Assembly: GCA_035693605.1 (NCBI GenBank)
Contig: DASSGE010000078.1
Location: 1 to 26,100 of the forward strand
Direction of reading: 5' to 3'
DNA: 26,100 bases
From: Candidatus Binatia bacterium
GTDB lineage: Bacteria > Desulfobacterota > Binatia > UBA9968
The notes beneath the pieces are model-generated. The model was not told where the DNA came from, did no database searches, and saw only the letters and a program-made list of their open reading frames with translations. This document shows, piece after piece, positions 1 through 6,352 of the stretch. The position numbers and the translations under genes are program-made. The number at the start of each line of letters is the position of its first letter. Within the stretch, counting starts at the first letter, position 1.

Positions 1-522
1 GCCGCCGCCGTAGAATCTGAAGGGTGTCCTTGGCTCGAAGGCGAGCTTGAATTTGCCCTTTGGGTTGAGGCGGTAGAACTCCACTAATAATGGGAAGTCG
101 GAGTAGGGGAACTCTTCGCCGGCGAGGGCGCGGCGCAGTAATTTGGTTGTCTCGCTGACCATGGCGATCGGCTTCAACGCTTGGACATGTTGCGGCGATT
201 GGCCAAGATCGCCGCGGGCGATGCCGATGCTAATCTCGCGATTTTGGCAAAGCTCGGAGAGGGCGGCGAAGCCATCGGCCATATCCAATGGATTGTGAAA
301 GTACGGCACCATGATCGCCGTGCCAAGACGGACCGCCACCTGTGACGCGATGGCTGTCAGCACCACCATCTGATTGCGATAGCGAATGTTGTCGTTGACC
401 CAGATTTGCTCAAAGCCGCAATCGACAGCGAGCTGCGCCAGCCGGACCAAGTCGCGGACACCGTAATGATTCGCCAGATGGGTGACGAATTGCAGGCCGA
501 GTTCGCCGGTGTAAATTGCCAT
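1..522 (-). CDS. LLM-class flavin/F420-dependent oxidoreductase, Mer-like (partial; runs off the window start)
   Basis: Missing from the ORF track; translated by hand from the ATG at 522-520, open to position 1 (174 codons): MAIYTGELGLQFVTHLANHYGVRDLVRLAQLAVDCGFEQIWVNDNIRYRNQMVVLTAIASQVAVRLGTAIMVPYFHNPLDMADGFAALSELCQNREISIGIARGD... The GFExIWxxD, LGTAI..PY..P and IGIxxGD blocks match luciferase-like TIM barrels. Confidence 0.88.
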   Translation of the reverse strand, partial: MAIYTGELGLQFVTHLANHYGVRDLVRLAQLAVDCGFEQIWVNDNIRYRNQMVVLTAIASQVAVRLGTAIMVPYFHNPLDMADGFAALSELCQNREISIGIARGDLGQSPQHVQALKPIAMVSETTKLLRRALAGEEFPYSDFPLLVEFYRLNPKGKFKLAFEPRTPFRFYGGG

Positions 523-606
523 TTAAATTGTTTTTTGAGTGCTTCGATGAAGTGTCAGCGGTCGCTTGAGTGCATTGTCCACCCAACCGGCGCCACAATG
601 AGAAAC

Positions 607-683
607 AGATTTCTCGGCTTCGCCTCGAAATGACAGATTGTAAATCGAGTCAAATTTGTCATTTCGACCGAAGGGAGAAATTT
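607..683. repeat. REP-like imperfect inverted repeat (GTCATTTCGA...GAGAAAT type)
   Basis: Arm 607-635 AGATTTCTCGGCTTCGCCTCGAAATGACA (reverse complement TGTCATTTCGAGGCGAAGCCGAGAAATCT) versus arm 657-683 TGTCATTTCGACCGAAGGGAGAAATTT; 21-nt spacer; intergenic. Confidence 0.7.
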
Positions 684-738
684 ATCTCGGCTGGTTTGAC
701 CATCTGCAAAAGCTGTCGCTATTTGTTTGGATCCGTAA

Positions 739-1680
739 CTAAATCTCGGTTACGTTCCTGACTTTGATCTTTTTGCGCTTTGCCTGATCGAGGACGAACT
801 TGCCGACTACCAAATCTTCGTCGGCGATGCCGTTGGACTGAAAAAAGATGCGTTTGGGGCGCGGTTGCGGCGCGCCGCCAGCGACGAATTTCTCCAACGG
901 CATAATGTCTTCCCACCGGGCGATGCGGGTTTGGCAGGCTTCGACCAGATCGCCGCTGTCGGCTTTGGCGGCGGCAATGTCGTCGGTGACGATGAGGTCC
1001 ATACGCCGGATCAGGTTGTTGGAAACTTCGTGCTTCACCGTGGCGTTGGCGCCGATTGACGCGACCAGCACTTCAGGTTTGAGATTGTTTCCAGTCGCCA
1101 CCGGCGCAGTCGAGTCCGTCGATACGACGAGGATGTCCGACAGTCCTTCGCATTCGTCGATGCTGTCGACTTCTTTCCAGTCGACCTTAACGACTTTGCT
1201 CATCTGCTTGACGAAATCCTTGCGCCGCTTGGGTGTGCGGCCCCAGACGACCACTTGTTCGATGTCACAGGTCTCCAGGATCGCTTCGACCTGGAACGTC
1301 GCCTGCCAGCCTGGGCCGATGATTCCCAAAACTTTACTATTGGCCGGCGCAAGGTACTTGGCGGCGACACCGCTAGCGGCACCGGTACGCAGGCTGCTCA
1401 GGTAGGCCATATTAACGATGCCTTGAATGCCGCCCTTACCGCCGTTAAAAAGGGTGACGATATTGGCCCCAGCCGCGTACGAGCGTAGGCAGATCAGGTC
1501 GGAGTCCTGGTGCCATGCGGCCATCATATTGAGTTGCTTGGAGCTGCCTTTAAGGCGGCGGCGCGGCACGTTGCGCATCTTACCGGCGGCGCGATCACGG
1601 AACATTTTGTCGACTAAGTTAACGGCTTGAGACATGTCGATGAGTTTTCGAGTTTGCGGTTCACTGATGATGACTGCCAT
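739..1680 (-). CDS. Ornithine cyclodeaminase / mu-crystallin family protein
   Basis: Motifs LRTGAASGVAAKYLA, Rossmann GIIGPGWQA, SIGANA and C-terminal FQSNGIADEDL. Start moved to the ATG at 1680 (MAVIISE), with GGAGG upstream. Confidence 0.9.
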   Translation of the reverse strand: MAVIISEPQTRKLIDMSQAVNLVDKMFRDRAAGKMRNVPRRRLKGSSKQLNMMAAWHQDSDLICLRSYAAGANIVTLFNGGKGGIQGIVNMAYLSSLRTGAASGVAAKYLAPANSKVLGIIGPGWQATFQVEAILETCDIEQVVVWGRTPKRRKDFVKQMSKVVKVDWKEVDSIDECEGLSDILVVSTDSTAPVATGNNLKPEVLVASIGANATVKHEVSNNLIRRMDLIVTDDIAAAKADSGDLVEACQTRIARWEDIMPLEKFVAGGAPQPRPKRIFFQSNGIADEDLVVGKFVLDQAKRKKIKVRNVTEI

Positions 1681-1773
1681 GGCTAGAAAATCCTCCCAGC
1701 GTTGTATAGCCCAGGTAACCTGGCGGGGCAAGTTATCATTTTTGTCAATGCCAGCGTCTAATCCACAAAAGCC

Positions 1774-1802
1774 TTGACGCTATCGACAGTTCGCCGCAGA
1801 AT
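1774..1802 (+). promoter_or_regulatory. Candidate sigma70 promoter for the Zn-ribbon/SH3 gene
   Basis: TTGACG (1774-1779), 17 nt, CAGAAT (1797-1802). Motif match only. Confidence 0.35.
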
Positions 1803-1872
1803 GAACCTCGATCGAAAACAGTTAGGTCGCGGTAAGCCGGCTTTCAATCCCAGTAGAGAGCGAGCATGCGAT

Positions 1873-2658
1873 ATGGCACGATCTACGATCCAAACCCGCC
1901 TTTGCCCTCACTGCGCTAACAGCATCGCGCTCGACACACTGCTCTGCCCCTATTGTAAGGCGAGCGTCGATATTGGACCCCGCACACCGCAATGGCCGAG
2001 TGCCGACGAAGAATCGCCAGCGGTGAAGGTCGAGTCCCAACGGCACGGTATGCCGCTCGGGTCGAAGATTATTTTGGCTCTGGGCCTATTGCTGTTCGCA
2101 ATTGGCGTGTACCTCGTGGGCGGGCAGAACGAGCACAGTGATCTCGCGCCGCAGCTCGTGGCCAAGGAGAAAGAGCTGCAAGACCGAGAGGGCAGGATCA
2201 AGTCCCTCGAAGAACAGCTGGCACAAGCGCGAGAGGAATTGAAAGCCAGCACGGCGCAGCTCGAAGACTTCAAGTCCAAGTTGACCGTCCAGGAAAAAAG
2301 TCTAGCGACGGCTCAGAAGCAGCTCAAAGAGTCACGGCTCGACGTCGAGAGGTTGGCGAGCCGCTCCGCCGCCGCGCCGTTGCCTCCGGTGCGACCCCGT
2401 GAGCCGGCTGGGTCTTCGCCGTTGCCTAGCCCAGCTCCCCGCCGCGCACTGGAGCCAGGGCTTTATGAAACGGTCCGATCCACCGCGGTCTATGAGGAAC
2501 CGCTGGGCAGCTCGCGCGTGCTAACGCGCATCAGCGGCGGCACGCAAATCACGGTAGTGCGCAGCGTCGGCGAGTGGCTCGAAGTGCGCTCAAAGCATGG
2601 CAATCCGCCTGGCTTTATTCGCTCCGATGACGCCAAATTCGTCAACCGAGCCAAATAA
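1873..2658 (+). CDS. Zinc-ribbon + single TM + coiled-coil + Pro-rich linker + C-terminal SH3b-like domain protein
   Basis: CPHC-x10-CPYC near the N-terminus; hydrophobic IILALGLLLFAIGVYLVG; heptad-rich EKELQDREGRIKSLEEQLAQAREEL...; SH3b-like AVYEEP..SSRVLTRISGGTQITVVRSVGEWLEV...GFIRSD. Start set at ATG 1873. Confidence 0.8.
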   Translation: MARSTIQTRLCPHCANSIALDTLLCPYCKASVDIGPRTPQWPSADEESPAVKVESQRHGMPLGSKIILALGLLLFAIGVYLVGGQNEHSDLAPQLVAKEKELQDREGRIKSLEEQLAQAREELKASTAQLEDFKSKLTVQEKSLATAQKQLKESRLDVERLASRSAAAPLPPVRPREPAGSSPLPSPAPRRALEPGLYETVRSTAVYEEPLGSSRVLTRISGGTQITVVRSVGEWLEVRSKHGNPPGFIRSDDAKFVNRAK

Positions 2659-2669
2659 ATGGGTGGGGT

Positions 2670-2874
2670 GCTGGGGGAGTTGGCTTCGCCCTTCCGCATT
2701 AAAGCGTCTCCCGGTTTTTGATCTCGTCCCGGGGTGACATCGGGGAAAAGACTCAACAACCAGCTACTCGCCGTAAGCGGGATGTTAGCCGAAACTTCTC
2801 CAGCGTTGGTGCATCAGAAGGACCATTGTCTAAAGTGCCGCATGGTTTCCGTGGCCAGCTTAGGTGTGGCGTCC
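2670..2874 (+). ncRNA. Candidate structured non-coding element of unknown class
   Basis: Hand-folded: 2670-2685 pairs with 2787-2804 (16 bp, G-U wobbles, 2-nt bulge); inner stems 2692-2697/2777-2782 and 2706-2713/2741-2752; second long irregular hairpin 2820-2874. No family recognised. Confidence 0.3.
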
Positions 2875-2887
2875 GAGAGTCAGCATA

Positions 2888-2917
2888 TTGACTTGGCAGA
2901 AGCGCGCTTCCTATGAT
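2888..2917 (+). promoter_or_regulatory. Candidate sigma70 promoter for the methyltransferase gene
   Basis: TTGACT (2888-2893), 18 nt, TATGAT (2912-2917), followed by SD GGAGG (2930-2934) and ATG 2939. Confidence 0.55.
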
Positions 2918-2938
2918 GGCTAGTAGTTTGGAGGCAAC

Positions 2939-4039
2939 ATGTTCCTAGTCGCGCCGGTAACAGTTCTTGTGGTTGTCTTGACTTTCGCGTCGAGTGCCGA
3001 TGCCCAAGGTTTCCGCGGTTTTGCGACCGGGAGCGGAAACTCGTCGGGTTCTGGACATTCCGGCGGGACAACGAGTCCGGGGCGCAGCGGCTCGCCTGGG
3101 TCCGCGACCATTATGACAACGCCGAAACCAGCCGTTGCGCCGGCGGCGCCAGGCGTGCCCATTCAGACCACGCCACAAGTGACCGTGCCCCGATTTGTTC
3201 CTCCAGTTGTTCATGGCGGCGGTGTTACTGTGGCGCCAGGGAATACGGTGCGCCATCCGCCGACGGGGATTATCGAAACCCATCGCCCACCGCCGCACCG
3301 GCCACCTCCACCGCCGCACCGGCCGCCGCCGCACCGGCCCCCACTGGTGCATCGTCCTCCGTTGTTTTGGAGGTCTCCGCCCCTTGGTAATTTTGGTTAT
3401 TATCGATATCCGGGCATCGTGGTTCTTGACTCGCCTTATTATTGGCCGAACACGGTGATTACTGAAGTCGCGCCGGGAGTGGTGCAAGAAGAGCGCCGCT
3501 ACACCGATGAGCCCCCGGCTGAATCGCGCACCCGCGGTACCGGGCAGCTGGCGCCTTTCGATCCGACACCGCCGGAAATCGTCGAACGCATGCTTCGGTT
3601 AGCGGCAATCAAACCTGGGGATGTGCTCTATGACCTCGGCGCTGGCGACGGCCGGGTGGCCATCGCCGCAGCGAAGAAATTCGGCATTAAAGCGGTGGGC
3701 TTTGAGATCGATCCTGGTCTGGTCAAACTTGCACGCGAGAACGTGCGCAAACAGGGCGTGCAGAATCTGGTGGAGATCCGCCAAGAGGATTTTTTGACGG
3801 CCGACTTGTCTTTGCCATCTGTGGTGACTCTGTATCTCTCATACGACGGCAATTTGGCCGTACGACCACGCCTGATGAGCCAGCTCAAGTCCGGCGCGCG
3901 CGTGGTTTCTTATACATTCGACATGGCGGAATGGCAGCCCAAGGTGGCCGAAAGCTATCGCGATGCAGGCGGCAACAATCACATGATTTATTTGTGGGAG
4001 ATCGGCGGTCCGCTGGCATTCGGCGATATACGCCCGTAG
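2939..4039 (+). CDS. Class I SAM-dependent methyltransferase with predicted signal peptide and Gly/Ser- and His/Pro-rich N-terminal region
   Basis: SD GGAGG; N-terminus MFLVAPVTVLVVVLTFASSADA (AxA cleavage-like); SAM motifs LYDLGAGDGR, GFEID, EDF, VVTLYL, RVVSYTF in the C-terminal ~165 aa. Confidence 0.85.
   Translation: MFLVAPVTVLVVVLTFASSADAQGFRGFATGSGNSSGSGHSGGTTSPGRSGSPGSATIMTTPKPAVAPAAPGVPIQTTPQVTVPRFVPPVVHGGGVTVAPGNTVRHPPTGIIETHRPPPHRPPPPPHRPPPHRPPLVHRPPLFWRSPPLGNFGYYRYPGIVVLDSPYYWPNTVITEVAPGVVQEERRYTDEPPAESRTRGTGQLAPFDPTPPEIVERMLRLAAIKPGDVLYDLGAGDGRVAIAAAKKFGIKAVGFEIDPGLVKLARENVRKQGVQNLVEIRQEDFLTADLSLPSVVTLYLSYDGNLAVRPRLMSQLKSGARVVSYTFDMAEWQPKVAESYRDAGGNNHMIYLWEIGGPLAFGDIRP
3281..3361 (+). 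repeat. Coding tandem repeat, five HRPP(P) units
   Basis: CAT CGC CCA CCG CCG CAC CGG CCA CCT CCA CCG CCG CAC CGG ... encodes HRPPPHRPPPPPHRPPPHRPPLVHRPP. Confidence 0.9.
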
Positions 4040-4183
4040 ATAGCGCAGGAGATGTCGATGTGCGCTACGTCAGGTTTACGTTATGTTGATAGATCAATTA
4101 AGATAACCGGTTCCGCGAAATGCATCGACTGAGAAATATTCGTTGATCTTCGATAAGCATTTAAGACCAACGGAGATCTTGAT

Positions 4184-5128
4184 TCAGGCGTAAAGCTGGT
4201 CGATGAATCCGCTGTCGTCAATCTTCCGTAAATAGTGCAAATCCCAGGGCTCCATCGGTCCGATGTGACGCATCTTGGGGTCTTTGCCGACGTCGAGATC
4301 GTAGACGTTCTGAATTGCCGCGGGCAGCGGGTAGGGCTTCTGGTTCAACAGCTTTGCCCACTCCCGTTGCAGGTGCTCGTAGTATTCGTCCTCTTGCAGC
4401 CCATAGCGCGCAGCTAGATTCCTTTTGAGGATCGGCACAACTTCATCTGGTTTTGTCTTGAAGAAGTGCAATGCCTCGATGAAGCCTTTAATAAACGCGT
4501 CGACGGTTTCCGGGTTTTCCTTGATGTAATCGCTGGTCGCCAGGAGAGTGGTGTTGTGAATCACCGGGCGGTCCGGCAGCGCCAGCACGTGCAAACCTTT
4601 TTTAATTCCATAGAGGTCGAAGGGCATGTCGACCAGCGCGCCGACGGCTTTTCCCGCGGTGATCTCATCGACGAACTCCAGGAACTTGCCGGAGGTGTCG
4701 TCGATCACGTCCATGTTGATTTCTTCCGGTGTCAAACCGCAATCTTGCAAGACTGCGCGCAGATTTCCCGATACGCAGGGGGCTTTGGAATGGCAGACGA
4801 TTTTTTTACCCTTGAGGTCTTCGACGGTTTTGATTTCCGGCCGTACCACCAGGCGGTCATCCCAGTTGTTCTGGGCCTGGGCGAGATAGGTCAGACGCTT
4901 TTCGCCCTTGGCTCTTTCCCGATAAGTCTCGTGATGCAGGCCGCTCAAAAAGTCGATCTCGCCGGCGAGGGCAAGCTTGGCGCGGTGCGCCATGGTCGGC
5001 GCTTTGGCGCCGCCGACGATGTGAAGATCGATTTCAAAGCCGTATTTCTCCATGACCTTGGATTCTTTGAACACGTAAAGAAACGGTAAGTGCGAGGAGT
5101 CACTGGCGAGTAAGTCTAACGTACGCAT
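4184..5128 (-). CDS. NMT1/THI5/SsuA-like substrate-binding-fold protein lacking a signal peptide
   Basis: Pattern FKESKVMEKYGFEI, RPEIKTVEDLKGKKI, ENPETVDAFIKGFIEAL, DLHYLRKIDDSGFIDQLY. AGGAG lies 8 nt before ATG 5128, which favours it over the GTG at 5137. An in-frame stop lies 23 codons upstream of that GTG with no other start. Confidence 0.8.
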   Translation of the reverse strand: MRTLDLLASDSSHLPFLYVFKESKVMEKYGFEIDLHIVGGAKAPTMAHRAKLALAGEIDFLSGLHHETYRERAKGEKRLTYLAQAQNNWDDRLVVRPEIKTVEDLKGKKIVCHSKAPCVSGNLRAVLQDCGLTPEEINMDVIDDTSGKFLEFVDEITAGKAVGALVDMPFDLYGIKKGLHVLALPDRPVIHNTTLLATSDYIKENPETVDAFIKGFIEALHFFKTKPDEVVPILKRNLAARYGLQEDEYYEHLQREWAKLLNQKPYPLPAAIQNVYDLDVGKDPKMRHIGPMEPWDLHYLRKIDDSGFIDQLYA

Positions 5129-5274
5129 GGTTTTCACTCCTTGTCTGGGTTTCGCGCTGCAATAACGATCTGCAGACTCCTTACCGTACGTCGCTCCCGA
5201 TGTTCAAGCACTTTGCACAGCATGAGCGTTGAATATCTAGCTTCACCTAGAAATCTACTAGCCGTTGTCGACCT

Positions 5275-6240
5275 CTACAACCCCAATTCCCGCTGTACTT
5301 CACGCAACAACGTCATGTCATGCGCGATGCTCACCGGCACGTGAGTTTTTTTTGTTTGCTGCTGAATGAACCCCCACTCGATGCTGAGGTCGTCGTCCGT
5401 GAGCATTCCATTCTTGCTGAAGCCGGGCTTGGCCAGCTCCAATGATCGCACAGCGTCTTTTTCGTTTGCCCGTGTCCAGTCCATGAGAATCTTGACGGTC
5501 TCTTTTGGGCTGGTTTGCAATAGCTGTAGACTCCGCAGAGTGGCGCGAATCACGCGCTTAATTGAATCGCTATCCTTCTTGATCTTCTCTTCGTGCGCGC
5601 CGAGGCCGGCGATCGGGTGGGCAACGATCTCGGCGGTATTGCCGAGCAACCGATAGCCGCGGTTTTCCATCTGGACATTGGTCGGCAGGGGCATCAAGCT
5701 TCCCTGCGCGATATTTTTCTCCAATGCCGCGACTCGCGCCGGCGTCGCGCCCATGGCGAGCAGTTGGTACTCGCCTTTCTTGAGACCGTAATGCTGCAAA
5801 TGCTTCTCCGTGAGAATCGCTTGGGTATTGCCGAATGAGCTGACGGCAAAAACTTTGCCTTTCAAGTCGCCGGCGGTGTTGATTTCCGGGCGCACCACCA
5901 GCGAAAAGAACGGCCGCGAGTTAAGCGCCGCCAAGAGTTTTGTGCCCAACCCTTGCATGGCGCCATTGAGCACCGGCGAGATGTTCAACGAGAAATCGAT
6001 GTGGCCGTTGGCAAGCGCGACCGTCGCGACGTTGCCGTTCATCTGAATCAATTGCGGGTCCAGTCCTTCGCTGCGAAAGAAGCCTTTCTCGATGGCGACT
6101 TTGACCGGAAACCACGTCATGCTGATTGCCGAATAGGAGAGCGTAACTTTGCGCGCGTCGGCGCACAGAATCGGATCGGCATTCGTTAGAGCGACAACGA
6201 GCAGCGCGAGCGTCAGAAAGCGTTTGGTACTTTTAAGCAT
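5275..6240 (-). CDS. ABC transporter substrate-binding protein (NMT1/SsuA-like) with signal peptide
   Basis: Signal-like MLKSTKRFLTLALLVVALT; motifs VAIEKGFFRSEGLD, RPEINTAGDLKGKVFAVSSFG, ARVAALE, HDMTLLREVQRELG. Start uncertain (6240 vs 6267). Confidence 0.85.
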   Translation of the reverse strand: MLKSTKRFLTLALLVVALTNADPILCADARKVTLSYSAISMTWFPVKVAIEKGFFRSEGLDPQLIQMNGNVATVALANGHIDFSLNISPVLNGAMQGLGTKLLAALNSRPFFSLVVRPEINTAGDLKGKVFAVSSFGNTQAILTEKHLQHYGLKKGEYQLLAMGATPARVAALEKNIAQGSLMPLPTNVQMENRGYRLLGNTAEIVAHPIAGLGAHEEKIKKDSDSIKRVIRATLRSLQLLQTSPKETVKILMDWTRANEKDAVRSLELAKPGFSKNGMLTDDDLSIEWGFIQQQTKKTHVPVSIAHDMTLLREVQRELGL

Positions 6241-6315
6241 GCTCGTCGAGCGTTGGAATACTTTCATGACAACGGACAGGAACACCTGGAAATTGGAACT
6301 CTATTATTCGGCAAA

Positions 6316-6346
6316 CTTCGTAATCTTCGCGCTTTGGTAGTGAAAA
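6316..6346. repeat. Degenerate short periodic repeat (CTTCGYR units)
   Basis: CTTCGTA-AT-CTTCGCG-CTTTGGTA-GTGAAA immediately after the sulfurtransferase stop; no partner arm seen nearby. Confidence 0.35.
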
Positions 6347-6352
6347 CCGACG

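Noticed and set aside
2670-2782. Calling the element a c-di-AMP (ydaO) riboswitch
   Set aside because: Only isolated words match. The 5' GCUGAAUC hairpin, GGGGGACCCA, GUAGGG and CCCGAA.CCG segments I recall from the consensus are missing and the spacing is too short. Kept as an unassigned candidate pending cmscan.
2945-3487. 180-aa minus-strand ORF and other overlapping ORFs over the Pro-rich region
   Set aside because: Shadow frames of GC-rich low-complexity coding sequence; the + frame has promoter, SD, signal peptide and a domain.
4041-4067. TAGCGCA/TGCGCTA hairpin as an intrinsic terminator
   Set aside because: 13-nt loop and no adjacent U-tract on either strand.
4086-4097. TTGAT-AG-ATCAA as an FNR/CRP-family box
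   Set aside because: Spacer is 2 nt rather than 4, and it lies between convergent gene ends.
4184-5128. THI5 HMP-P synthase call
   Set aside because: The catalytic Lys/His pair and the CCCFC motif are not present.
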